From: Bugula neritina
Lineage: Eukaryota; Animalia; Bryozoa
Assembly: GCA_964035545.1 (NCBI GenBank)
Contig: OZ037767.1
Location: 1,933,680-1,997,679, forward strand
Length of the DNA: 64,000 nucleotides
Reading direction: 5' to 3'
A program made the position numbers and the translations under genes. Positions 51,007-64,000 of this stretch are shown here, piece by piece. Position 1 is the stretch's first letter. Each line of letters opens with the position of its first letter. The notes under the pieces are model-generated. The model searched no databases, was not told where the DNA came from, and worked only from the letters and a program-made list of their open reading frames with translations.

Positions 51007-54000
51007 ATGGCGTCAATCATGGAGGACCCTAATGATGATCCGCAATACGTTAGACGCCTGGATAGAACTCCTGAAACAGATAAAAGCAACGTTGCAAAAC
51101 TTTCCAATGATGATCGTAAAAAGATTTATGGTCTTAGAACTGTTTTTAGTAATACTTTCAGTAAATTACAGAGATTAGAAGAAAGTAATGATGAAAAGTA
51201 AGTATCACTATCAGTATCACTGGCACTATCACTATCAGTATGACTATGAGTATCATACTGATACTCGTACTGATACTCATAGTCCTACTGACTATCAGTA
51301 TGAATATCACTATGACATTGAGTTTGACTATCAGTGTGACTATGAGTATCAGTAAGACTCGGTGAGTATACCTCAGACTGTAACTTGTAAGACTAAGAGT
51401 AAGTGTATCAGTTACAGTATGAGTAACACTAACTCCAAGAGTAAGTCCGAGTAAAAGTAAGTCAGTAACACTAACTCAACCTGTAAGTAACAAGTGTGAG
51501 AGTAAGTTATAGTAATAGTGACACTGTCACTAACAGTAACTGTAAGTCACTAAGTGTAAGTCTATAACATGCATATAACTTATAGTTATAACATTAACTG
51601 TTATAAGTTTTATTGAACACAGTCAGTGACTCACTCAGTGTTACTAGTGACTGATGAATATTAATAAAGATTAACTTTAAGATACTAATAATAATCTAAT
51701 GATATTTATTTGTTACTGTTAGTGTTAGATTTCAAATAATTATTATTTAAAACTTCAAGTTTGATTTGTTATTATGATTATTTAAATTAACAATATTATA
51801 TTCATTGTAATTATGAAAGTCTTTATTTTAAACTTAAGTGAAAAGTGAATTTTGGCTATTTTACTTTTAGTATTTCACTGTTTTAATTTGTATAAAATTT
51901 ACTGAAGGTAATCATACTCATAATAGTAATGACTATGAGATGAAGATTATGCAATTAATATATACAACTGCAATGATAACAATCACAATGTTGCGTCCAT
52001 ACTTAGCTATCATTGTAATTGCTATTATAATAATGCCATCGCAGTTGAATTATTTTATACATTAGAAGTTGAATATCATAAATATTATGCACCTAAAGGG
52101 AATTAATATCTCATGGGTGTACATATAGTTATGATTTTTTACTGTAACACTACTTGGTTGTTAGTATTACGATTGGTAATTAGTTTAAATTGCTATTAGG
52201 AATTAGTTTAAATTGCTATTAGGAATTAGTTTAAATTGCTATTGGTGATTACTTTAAATTGCCATTAGCACAAATTATCTTTACTTTACAAGTTTAAGGT
52301 TTATGAACGGTTGGGGTTAGCTATTAATACCAGAAGGTCATTTAATATTGCTTCATCATTCAATGCCCTCTTCCATTCTTTTTATCAATAGTATAGATTG
52401 TTGTATGCAAGGGTCATTTCACCTTTGTTTATAGATTTTTACTGTTACTGACCTACTAATAGTCCACTTGAATGAGATTCAATCATTATAATGATTATAA
52501 CCATAAGTTCAACTAAGACATATTAAAAGCTAGTAAAATTACAAACACTTTCATTTCTAACACTGCTCTCATCAGGTATACAGTTTTAGACTTTGGTATT
52601 TATTTCTTGTATAAATTTATACTTTAGCAAAATTTTATCTTCTTACACATTCATGCGTAAACATATTATTTTATTCTATTATACATTATAACTTTATATA
52701 TTATGTATATATATATATATATATGAATTGTTATATATTTGTTTGTACTCGCACATGTATACATCTATTTTATAATTATGTAATAATATGCTAACATTTA
52801 CTTGATCACACATTGATGTCTAAGCAGCTATTCTATCATGTCTTATCATCTAAGTATATTGTCATGTAGAGATCTGGCAATAGAAAGAGAGCGGGAATTG
52901 AGAAAGAATTTAGAGAAAAAGTTGATGGAGACTAAGTTAGTTGATATGTATAGTGATCCCGCAGTGAATGAAGAACTTCACGATAGGCTACCTCGAGCTG
53001 CGAAGGATCGAATGTACTCTGTGTACGACACCCCTAGGGGAAGTAGAAGGTTAGTCTGGGTTCCACGTATAGCCGGCTTTCAGCCTAGTTGAAAATTAAT
53101 TAAAAATTAGGTATTCATTTTTAATATTGAGCAAAAGTAAGGGAATCAAATTGATTAAAACTAATTATAAATTACTCATAGAATGTCATTAAAATCTTTT
53201 GCTAGCTTTGTATTATTTTGTAAACTGTAGAATATTCTAGCAAACTATCAAAAAGTATAATTTAATTTCAGCATGGAATTTATTCTTCTAAATTTCAAGC
53301 TGATAATCACATTTAAATATTTTTATTCGGCTGTCATTTTAGTTCAGAATATCTTATATGTAATAATAAGTACAGATTAATATTATGCATTATGTAATCT
53401 ACACTATTACATAATGCAGTATATGATACATACACATTGTACAAGTGTTATATAATACTGTTTACACATATACTACACATATTTATTGTTGTACATTGTA
53501 TGTCTACATATGTACATACTATATTAAATATGTGTATCTATTGCATGTATATTACAGTATTTATGTCACAATTCTGCAGTAAACACAGGAGAAGGAAGGC
53601 AGCACACAGTGATGATGACTACAGCGCTGCCTCTGACGATGAGACTGCCAGGAGACAGCACAGACACAACCACACTTACCCCGGCTCCCCCCTGTTTCGT
53701 CCGCCACTTTACCCTCACCCTGGTTAGTCATAGCAGTATTGTGCTACTCTCCTTAGACTTCTGTAAGTTTTACCTCTGGAAATGGTTAATGGTTGAAATA
53801 TTAGTGAAAATGTTAAAATTGGTTTAAACTTATTTGCAGCTGTAACAGAAATTCCTAAATTTTCGACTTGGCATGGTTTTTGTTTTTACAAAATATACTA
53901 ATTTGTTTTTTGCCAATGAAAGAGTTTAATAGGAGTTGTCATCCCTTCTACTGCACACCTTAAGTTTTATAAATAGTAAAATGGCATGTAATTTTGTCAT

Positions 54001-57000
54001 ATATTTTGGAGTTATTATACCGAACATATATGTCTTCTGGTTTAATTTATTTCTAATGTTATCAGAGAGGTTTTCTTGCTATGATTTGTATTACTTGTAT
54101 TTATCAGGAGTTATCTGATTGTTTTGTTTTTACTGCATTTTACCAGAGAACAACATGAACTGCCTACATTTAGCCGTTCAAAGTTTATTATATTATTTAA
54201 ATTTATAAATATAAGCCTTAGAACTAATGCCTTAATTTCCAGGTATGTACGGGTGGCCCTTGGGAGCTGCCTACCCACCCCCATTCACTCATCAGTCAAC
54301 ACCTAATGCTAATGCTAGCCAATCAGCTCCCCCTGGTGTTAGCTTCCAGCCAATGATGTCTTCATTCTGGCCACATACTAATATTACTCAGAATCAGGGT
54401 GGAGACACCAATGCAGCTTCACAAGGTCAGTTTTCACTCTAATCCATAAGTACACAGTAGTTATGGTGCGTATTCCAACACAGCATGTAGTAGTAACTCC
54501 AGAAGTAATTGATATGCTGCCGTCCACTGTTGGCGCTGTCGTGAAAGTCAGATGATGATGGACTCCTTCAGAATCTCTTTCATTCTCATCTGCGTTACTT
54601 TTCATTTCTGAAATAACGACAAACATTTTCATTTATGAAATGCGCTGATAAAAGTTATCTTATCGCTTTGAAAAAGTTCAATGTTTATGCTAATGAAATG
54701 TTAGATTTCTGTATTAGTATTTCACTATATAACATTCTTCAAGTTAACGTTCAGTGCCTTACTATTGGCTCACATGCAGCTGCTATGTGCCTGTGTCTGT
54801 CTGTTATTCTCTGGCCTACCTTTAACCTTGTTTTACTATCTAATGTGACGCACTCAATATTATTTATATTACTGATATTCTCATTATATAATCTCTTTCT
54901 GTAATATTCTACGTTGAGTGATGTTTTAGTGCAACCATCCATTCTAATTTCCTCAACAATTGAGGCTTTAAACTCTTTGATTTTTAATCATTGATACGTG
55001 CTTAATGCCAGTTGAACTACATACTCAGGCTTTGTGTTAGCCAGTTTATGTCATTGTTTCTCCTGGGGTAATCTAATCAAATGTTTTGTTTTTGGTTTCA
55101 TTCAAAAGCTATTTATTTTTCATTTTTCATATTTTTAAAATAACATTCTTCGTTCATTACATGACAAACCCACTAGGCAGCGTAGGAATAGCTCTGTCAG
55201 CACTCACTTGCTAGGTTGTTTGAGTTCGTTTAGTCTCTGAGAGTATGTTTTACTTTCTCTAAGAGTAGAACATAGTTTTTCTAATTTTTTTATTCAAGTT
55301 TGAGGATAAAAATTATAAATTAGTTAGAAAACTAGGTTTGAAAACTTGAAAGTGTATAAGTATACTGCCAGCAAAGTTCACTTCGATATTAAAATAGTTT
55401 TGTCTTGTCTCACAAGGAAAAGGTTCTGTTTTTTTAATCTAATTATTAATAATATGCAAGATTATTGTCTGTCATCAATCAGTATGGAGTTGTATTGCCT
55501 CGCCTATGTTAACAGACGCTCGGACACAGCCTTCAGATGTGAATATTATCAAAGCTGCCAGCATGTTGAGTTCCGACAGCAAAGAGAGGCAAATTTCTCG
55601 TCTCCTACAGGAAATAGATCTCCTGAAAGACCAAAACCGAAAAGTGAGAAATCTTATTTTGTTTCCACTATATAGTTGTGCTAGATCTAACTTGTTAATA
55701 TATTCATCTTCAGTCACTCTAGCATTCTGGGAAGGCATGCAATCAGGACTGGGTTACTAGTTCCAAGTGTTAAATTGTCCTTCTGCTCTACTAGGTTAAA
55801 GTATCTAGAATGTTCCACATGTAATTCTGTGTTCTATATTTTAGGTTATATTTAGAGGTATGCTTCTGTTCACAGGTGGATGTTACATGTACAACCATTT
55901 GTTCTATATATCAATATACATTCTATTTAGAAATATGTTTTATCAGTAATATTATATTCTATTTATATGCACTTGGTTTATTTATAGACATCTATTTTAT
56001 TTATAAACATGCTACTGTATATAGACATCCGTTCTATTTATAGACATGTGTTCTATTTATAGACATCCGTTCTATTTATAGACATCCATTCTATTTTAAG
56101 GTGTCTGAGGAGTTAGCCGAACAGGTAGAAGTCAGCAACAGACTCAAGGTAGAGGCGGAGCTTAGAGAAGTAGCTAATAAAGAGAAAGACTCTTCAAAAG
56201 TTTCAGGTTTGTTCACGTCATCTGCTGTCCTCCAGAGCCCTGATTGGCTGATGGACAAGTTGAGGTTATCTACAGTATTCTGCAGATCGACAAATCAAAT
56301 ATATTTTAAAATATATACTGATGATATACGTGGTTAGCTAATGCACTAGATGTATTATTTTTTGTATCTATTTAGTTCAAGTTTCCCTTTTCACTACTGT
56401 AAACCTACTCTAGTAAGAATCAGATATGAGAGACAGATACATGAATCTAAATATTGATAAAATGTTAGTAGTTGACAGTTGTTCATTTTTGTTCATGGGT
56501 ATTGGGATTTGTCTTACTAAATTACAGAGTAGGCACACAATGCCATCATAACTCGTAGGATAAATGGCCACTTAGTCTATTGTTAGTATAAACTATAAGC
56601 CAAGGGGCTCGTTGTGTAGTGAGCTTCTAGTAACTGACTCTTAAACCTTCCCTTCTGAAGTTGCCCTGATAGTGTAGTGGATAAAGGCATACACTGCTAA
56701 GCCAAGCCATAATATGTTGTGAGGGTTCTACCCCACTAACCGCATGCTATTTTCATCTTATAGTCAGTATGTATTGTAGCCTTAATACAAGAAATATATG
56801 AGAAGCAACGGCAGAGAGATCGGGCTATGATGGGTCGACTGAAACTGGCCAATGAGGAGAGAGATAGAGCTCTAACGATGGTCAACTCGCTGAAGCGTGG
56901 CCAGACAATGTATGTATGCCCCCTGTGTGTGACAAGGAGTTGTCTACCCTTATAGTTGACTAGTAAATCCTTTTATTCAATTAAACTGATACAAATTATG

Positions 57001-58403
57001 AATCCATGTCCGCAATCACCTTTATCAGTTGCAGTTAACTTCATTAAAATTTAGGAGTTATATTTTCATTGCAAAACTCAGAAATTTATTGGAAAATTAA
57101 CATCGAAACACGTATGATAAATTAGGGGTTGATATCAGATGATACAGTCTTGGAAAAAAGTCAATGGTTGCTCGGTTTTTCAAAGTAACTCTTGTTTGGG
57201 TTATTTACTCTCTCAATATCTGTTACGATGCGACATTGGGGTATAATCTACTAAAAGAGCTAGTATATAACTTATAACAATAGGTATATAACTTATAACA
57301 ATATTCACACTGAAGTCACACTAGAGATACGCTGTGATATATTCTCTTCCATCTTTACTTTTTAGGGAAGAAATTGTCTCAGATACTGAAGACGGAATTG
57401 CTTCTAGTCAGGTATCTTTTCAGTTATTACTATGAATTATACTAGTATATATTACTATGAATTATACTAGTATAATTCATAGTAATATATACTAGTATAT
57501 ATTACTATGAATTATACTAGTATATATTACTATGAATTATACTAGTATATATTACTATGAATTATACTAGTATATATTACTATGAATTATACTAGTATAT
57601 ATTACTATGAATTATACTAGTATATATTACTATGAATTATACTAGTATATATTACTATGAATTATACTAGTATATATTACTATGAATTATACTGTGTTAT
57701 ATATTATATAATACTTTAATGTTTGACTAGTGTATACGCGATTTAAAATTTTAGTGAATAAAGTTATAGTTTTACAGTTCATTGAGACAATTATTCAACA
57801 CAAAATATAAATTACAAGCAGTTAAAAATATTTGTTTTAAATTAAAAGCATTTTTGTGGAAAATATTCATTAAAATATTATGCCAGTTGATGACTCATAA
57901 TCACCCACAGGTGGATAAGCTGACCGCTGTCGGTATTTCCCAGAGAGCAGCTGACACTCTGAGTTCAATTCATGGCACTTCAGTAAATACTCGAGAAGTT
58001 CACTCGCAGAGAGTCAAAGAACTCGTCAATGAACGAGATGCTGCACTCAGAAAGGTACTACCTGCTTAATATTTATCACTTAGTAGTTATCTGCACTATG
58101 CACGTTGAGATCACAACTCCTTAACTTTTCATGTCTAAATCCTAATCTCATTGTTGGTAGTTGTGTAAAAAATTCAACCCATTGTTTTTTGTAATTGTTT
58201 TAATTTATTAATTCACCATTATTATTGGGTGTGTATTGATGCCTGAGCGTGTGATGGAATGCTGCCGGTGTGCTCTATAGTCGCTGCTGCCACAGGTTTA
58301 TTGTTTGCTGCCACAGGTGTCTCAGTTGGAGTCAGAGATGCTGAAGCTACAGAGAGAAGTGGATGAGCTTTTACCTCTTCAAGATGAACACCTGAAACTC
58401 AAG
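51007..58403 (+). CDS. MIPOL1: Mirror-image polydactyly 1-like coiled-coil protein, 3'-incomplete
   Basis: Exons 51007-51197, 52870-53049, 53580-53722, 54243-54425, 55516-55643, 56101-56206, 56780-56909, 57366-57411, 57911-58054, 58317-58403 join in phase. ALIQEIYEKQRQRDRAMMGRLKLANEERDRAL and ELVNERDAALRKVSQLESE resemble MIPOL1 ERD repeats. No further exon or stop identified in the window. Confidence 0.78.
52178..52262. repeat. 23-bp minisatellite (AATTAGTTTAAATTGCTATTAGG)
   Basis: About 3.5 copies. Confidence 0.8.
55978..56096. repeat. 19-bp degenerate minisatellite (TTTATAGACATCCGTTCTA)
   Basis: Runs up to the acceptor at 56100. Confidence 0.75.
56662..56745 (+). mobile_element. Possible degenerate tRNA-derived SINE head
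   Basis: A-box-like TAGTGTAGTGG (56670) and B-box-like GGTTCTACCCC (56724); no cloverleaf established. Confidence 0.25.
57425..57695. repeat. 25-bp minisatellite (TACTATGAATTATACTAGTATATAT) with one inverted unit
   Basis: About 11 copies starting just after donor 57412; inversion near 57470-57495. Confidence 0.92.
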
Positions 58404-59129
58404 GTTAGTTTTGTTCTGATCTTTGTAGACCTCATAGCTCCTAGTGTTTGAGTACTCTAGCAGGTGGAGATAACTAGTTTCATATGTGGTTGCAACACAC
58501 TTACTGAATCCCTTTGCTTTTCTTGTTTATGATTTGTGAGAAAAACCAATAAAATAGACATTAGATAAAATTTTAGCACGAGTTGCAACTAATTTATTCT
58601 ACTGGTTTTATTATCATCTTAGGTTATGCTGGTATACCATGGCATAAATGCTATCTTGTGAATATATTAGGTATTGAATACCTTTAACGGGTTTATAACC
58701 CATTTTTGCTGTAATTTCAGCTAATAATTAATGCAGATAGTAAACTGAAAATCATTATAATCCCAAAGGGGCTTAACCTACAATCGATGCAGATTAATTA
58801 ACATGAAACAAAGTGTAATAACAAATAAATTTACTTTGTTGATACTTTTTGTTAACAAATTGAAATTTCTGTAAAAATTAAGTATTTCGGCAAATATATG
58901 ACAAACAGATGAATTACATTATTGTATGTAAATAGTTGAAGTTATCAATAATTAGAACAATGTGATAATGATGTAAGTTAAAATGAAGGTGCAGCTAAGT
59001 TGGCACTGTTTGTTGGCCAGTCTTTACATAATATTATGTGTGTTTACTGTTCTATAGGTGTGTTTACTGTAATGTTAACATAATAACTGACAACTGAATA
59101 TATAATTTATTAGAGTTGACTTAATTTAG

Positions 59130-59345
59130 TATACAATATACAGAGTATAACACAACATACAGAGTATAACACAACATACAGAGTATAACACAATATACAG
59201 AGTATAACACAATATACAGAGTATAATACAACATACAGAGTATAACACAATATACAGAGTATAACACAACATACAGAGTATAACACAACATACAGAGTAT
59301 AACACAATATACAGAGTATAACACAATATACAGAGTATAATACAA
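59130..59345. repeat. 19-bp minisatellite (ACAGAGTATAACACAA[T/C]AT)
   Basis: About 11 copies; source of the repetitive ORFs at 59110-59586. Confidence 0.92.
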
Positions 59346-60290
59346 TATAAATAATATAATAAATAAAATATACATAATATAATATAATATACATAATTAT
59401 TATAACACAATATACATAATATAATACAATATACACAGTATAATACAATATAGCTAGTCTTTTTAAGGAATTGACCAATAGAAAATATGTAGTACCTATT
59501 GAAGCTATACCAATAAACTTCCACTGATATAATATTGTTTTTAAATATTCAAACATTAATTTGTTTTTATATAACAAGAACATCATAGTATTTATTTATG
59601 TAATCTTACAAGATAATATTATACTTCTTTGTTTTATCATATGGCTGTCATAAGATACCCTTTACCTCGTGCCATGCATGTAGTTTAACATAACGTTCTA
59701 GCTGTTGAGTTTCATTTAAACTCTGAAGATGGATACAAAGTGTAAGTTTATATGAATACAGTATTAAATGAAAAAAATTTCTTGTGTAGTTATTTTTAAT
59801 TAAATTGCTAGCCCTTAATGATATATTTAAAATATTATAGGCTACATATACTATATAGTACAATATACATAGTATAGTACAATATAAATAATTATTATAA
59901 TATTTGAGTTTTTGTTCATCTATGTAAATAATTTACAATATTTTTGAGAGTAATTCATTTGCATTAGTTTACGGTATTGAAATTATTATTTAAATTATAT
60001 ACATAAAAAATAATACCAGTAAAGAGCTGTGTAATGAACTAATGTATTAGAGTGTTGAAATTTGTGGTATATTATTATACTAACAATATAAATATAATAT
60101 AACCTGTTTAATAAGGATTTGTTTTAGTGATTTAAATTGCTAATTTTTTGCTGAGCAGTAAATATTTAGAGCACGTTATCTCTTAAGAAAGTTTGAAATT
60201 TCAAATCAATTATTCCTAAAAAATATTACTTGTAACATTTTAGTATTTTAAGACTACTTAAATTTTTGGATACTGTGCCAGGCACATATT

Positions 60291-60477
60291 TTAATACAAA
60301 ATAAATAAAATAGGAAAATCGTAATTTGTTTTTCAATAGTTTATGTTAAAACTAAATGGTGTTAAGATGATTTTAATTACACATGTGTAATTAAAACTAT
60401 CTCAACACCATTTAGTTTTAACATAAACTATTGAAAAACAAATTACGGTTTTCCTATTTTATTTATTTATGTTTTAA
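60291..60477. repeat. Near-perfect spacer-less palindrome (~185 bp; MITE/fold-back-like)
   Basis: Arms AAATAAATAAAATAGGAAAATCGTAATTTGTTTTTCAATAGTTTATGTTAAAACTAAATGGTGTT... and the reverse complement, centred on ...TTACACA|TGTGTAA.... Confidence 0.9.
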
Positions 60478-62029
60478 TGAAGGGGCTCACCCCCCCCCCC
60501 ACCCGTATGGTGTGATGAACAGTATATATTAACCCACTATCAGTATGTTGGTATATCTTGTTTAGTTTAACAGTAATTCCAACATGTAATATCTTCAACA
60601 AAATTTTACCTATTGGTCACTTAAAGAATTGTAAACTCCTTTTGCTGCCTAACTATTTCATACCGCTGCGATCTGTTAAATCTTGCTGACTACTATCTTG
60701 ACAAACAGATTCTGTTCCGGAAACTTTCAGTTTCTAAGACGATTGATTAAATTCTACCTACGCCCTTGGCTGCTCACAATTATATTTTTAGATGTATTGA
60801 GATTCCCTGGTTAGTTGTTCAGATCTCCCTTGCTTACTCTTAGCTAATTGAGTGTGTTAGTGTAAATACATCATTACATGGACATTTACTCTACCTTCTC
60901 CTGGTAATAATTCCTAATCAAAACACGGACTGATTGAGAAAATAATTGTAATGGGCATATTATAATTTGTTCAGGGATGTAATTTAGTTTCGTAATACAA
61001 AGAGTATTATTCATGTTATTAACTTTGCTGTCAGGAAGAAAATGAAAAAAGCATTTCATATGTAATTATTGGTTGTTCAGAATCTTTAACTTTTGTCTTT
61101 AGAAATGTTTATAAACTAACTTTTTATATAAAAGCTTGTCAAGTGAGACAACTAAAGGCAATGTGTAAGATACTACAATATAGGCTATAATTTTTAATTA
61201 AATTTTTTGATATATTGCAATGTACACTATAATCTAGCTCGATATATACTATAAAATGTTACAATTGCTTACACATAATATAATATATTAAAATATTCAC
61301 TATAATTTATTGCAATATACACTATAATTTATTACAATATACACTGTAATTTATTACAATACAATTATTAATAATACCTTAAGCTATAATTTTCGTTTAG
61401 TTATTTCCCAAACAGTGCTAAAAAATTGCAATTATATAAGTCTACATTTTAGATTCAATAAAAAGTGTTAACCATTTTCTCAACCAGGTTTATACTGACT
61501 TGTAAATCATTGCAAAGCATATTAATAATATTATGTTAACAAATATGTTTTATAATATTATACATTGTAATGCAAATCTTATATCTTATTTATGTTGGTT
61601 TAGGGTTTTTTTTATAGCCTTCCTATACAAATGTTTAAGCAAGCCATTTACCATATTTATATTGCTGCATGATTACAAATAGCATAATTGTTGTATATGT
61701 GAATATTTGTAATAATCTCGACTACTACGAGTACACACACTCTGTGGGTTTACCTTGACACTGCGGTGTTGATGGAGTAAACATATTAATGTTTATTATT
61801 TGATCTTAATCGCAATGACTACATCAAGTCCCCTTCAGCGTGCATTTAGATTGTGGATGTAGCATATAATATGTAATGTGCGCTATATACTATATAATAT
61901 ATAGCATAATATATAATATAATGTATAATATATAACATATAATATGTAATAAAATTTAATATACAACATACAATATGTAACAGTATTTATTATATTGTTA
62001 GTAACTTCATTAAAATAAATAATTATAAT

Positions 62030-62205
62030 AGAAACATTTTTATTTACTACTTTCTTATCAAAGTCAATTAATATATTGGACACTATTGTATCCATCTTCA
62101 GAGTTATAAATTGACTGTATAGGTAACTCTGTCAATGGATAAAATATTGTCCAATATATTAGTTTATTTTGACAAATAAAGTAGTAAACAAGAAAAATGC
62201 TTGTT
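62030..62205. repeat. Imperfect inverted repeat (MITE-like)
   Basis: TTTACTACTTT..TAATATATTGGACACTATTGTATCCAT..CAGAGTTA pairs with TAACTCTG..ATGGATAAAATATTGTCCAATATATTA..AAAGTAGTAAA around a ~17-nt spacer. Confidence 0.75.
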
Positions 62206-64000
62206 GTTTATTCATGTTTAATAATATATTTAGTAGATAGTTTCAACTTGCCAAGTTCTATATTTAAATTTATTTCATATGTTACATTCAAAGCAATTAT
62301 TATTTGATTGCTTCTACATTGTGAGGGCTGTCCTTGCATTGGCTTGGAATTGAACCACGTCAGCCATTTGTATAGCTACTCATTTACCATATTTGATATT
62401 CGTTTAAATATATCAAATTTTTAGTATCAAGATTTTGAATTACTTTATTGATTTTCGACTTTTACATGAAAAGAGAGAGTAGTATATAAATAGAAAATAT
62501 TCATAGTGTGTTTAGTATAATATTATAATAAGTTTATGTGTGTTTTGGTTTGGCTAACGTTGATATAGGGCTAGCTTACATTACCCGTTGCTGATCAATA
62601 TAGTTTGAATATCCGTCAGTGTTTTGTATTTACTTAAGGTAATGTTAAGCTTGCCGTGGCGCCATAGGTCTCGGTGTACATGCATCTTAGATATAGTCAG
62701 AGGTGAGGTATCATGTATGCACCATCTACGCACACCTCCGTATTATATTAATATGTCAGCCGTGAGAGGAAAATGCAGAGGTAATGCAGTCAGCGAAGGA
62801 TGCATAATACCGCCGGTATTCACGGTCATGTGAAGTACGCTCTATACGGTGTAACTAATATGCCACTATGCAAACTCCATCTATTGACAATACACTCACT
62901 GGAGAGTAGACAAATTTACAGAAAATATTACCTTTGTTTGTGTGTCATACTTTCATCTACTTAATATTCTAACTCTGTAAACATTGCTATTAATACCGTG
63001 AAATGAACAATTCACCCTCTACCTGTCTGGTCAGCTTATAGCTAATGAGTGGATTAAAATCCGATGCATTTGATATTAGGCGAAGGTTTTACCAGTTTGT
63101 TTTTTAGTTTGAAAAAGTATTTTAATTTTGTTGCCTGATTTAATTTGTTTCAAAAAATTACTAAACATCAATTCTTTGTTATTGTTGAATTTCCCCATCC
63201 TGCAATATCGGGTATTGATCATTGTTGGTATTACAAGGGTTTGCACACAGCTTACTGACTCTGTAAATGTTTAGCTACTGCTTATTATAGTGGAAAATAT
63301 TGAAAGCTGTTAATTTATATTTGCCATATTACTCCACAATGAGATAAGAGTCAAATGACTAAACAACTATATGGAGATAAAATTTTAATTAAATAATTAT
63401 TTGTGGACTTAAAATTCATTATGATATATTCGTCCTAAACATATCTAGCTGCACAGCTTTTATAATAACTTTGTAATTTTTGGACTTATTTTGTTGAAAT
63501 AATTTTGATTTCTCAAAGTCGTGTGTTCTATTAAAACCAGCAAGGATATAGTTTCTTTGTCAAGGGTGTGTGTTGCAACGTCACAATGATTTTGAAATGC
63601 CCGATATCAGTAAGGGTGTTTGGTATGGAAAGTGACGCTAAAGAACTCGTTATCATCTTCTGTGAAAGATAGTAGCTATGTCTGTGTGACAACGGTGTAG
63701 TGTTTTCAGGCGATAATATTGCTTCACCTACTCTACGTAGATACCTACACTAACTCACTCTGCCCTTGTCCCTTTATCATGTTCCACTGGCTTTTGTGCG
63801 GTGTACAAAAATAGATTCATCAACAATTATTATGCTCAAGTTATCATTGTAAAGGTCTATTAACTAGATATCATTATATAAAGTAAGTTATGCAAGAAAT
63901 GTTTACTTTATTGTTTCTAATCATAAACATTAATTTGGGAGCTTCTTTTGCTATTATTCCATTCAGCAATCAGTTTGAAATCAACTATAGGCATTTCTGT

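Noticed and set aside
54545-54615. Possible intronic C/D box snoRNA (ATGATGA...CTGA) and antisense ORF 54384..54632
   Set aside because: Short motifs are expected by chance; no guide target or protein homology could be recognised.
62655-62900. GC-richer patch with TGGCGCC (PBS-like) and ORF 62624..62833
   Set aside because: No paired LTR, TSD or coding homology visible.

Overview
AT-rich, intron-rich invertebrate (metazoan) genomic DNA; the species cannot be determined from sequence alone. I assembled gene models by hand from GT/AG boundaries and phase continuity. They are: the 3' end of UBXN11 (+), TTLL2 (-), an unnamed 4-TM membrane protein gene (+) with two alternative 3' ends, a two-pore K+ channel (+) with a ~1.6 kb perfect (TG)n in an intron, two convergent aldo-keto reductase paralogues, POC5 (-), and a head-to-head MIPOL1-like gene (+, 3'-incomplete). 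Between the AKR genes lies an intact, apparently very recent 7,994-bp Ty3/Gypsy LTR retrotransposon with 392-bp LTRs, an ATAC target-site duplication, a tRNA-Leu PBS and a -1 gag-pol frameshift. The most unusual signal is in this element. Pol continues ~528 codons past the usual integrase terminus into a transcription-factor-like module: an acidic/hydrophobic segment, two C2H2-type zinc fingers, a basic patch and a clean heptad coiled coil. That module contains an in-frame, AT-richer GT..AG segment that could be spliced, and the LTR U3 is built from nested CCGA/TCGG inverted repeats. Also present: a ~3.3 kb TIR element in a POC5 intron, fold-back palindromes, many minisatellites abutting splice sites, and 6-bp-periodic tracts near gene 5' ends.
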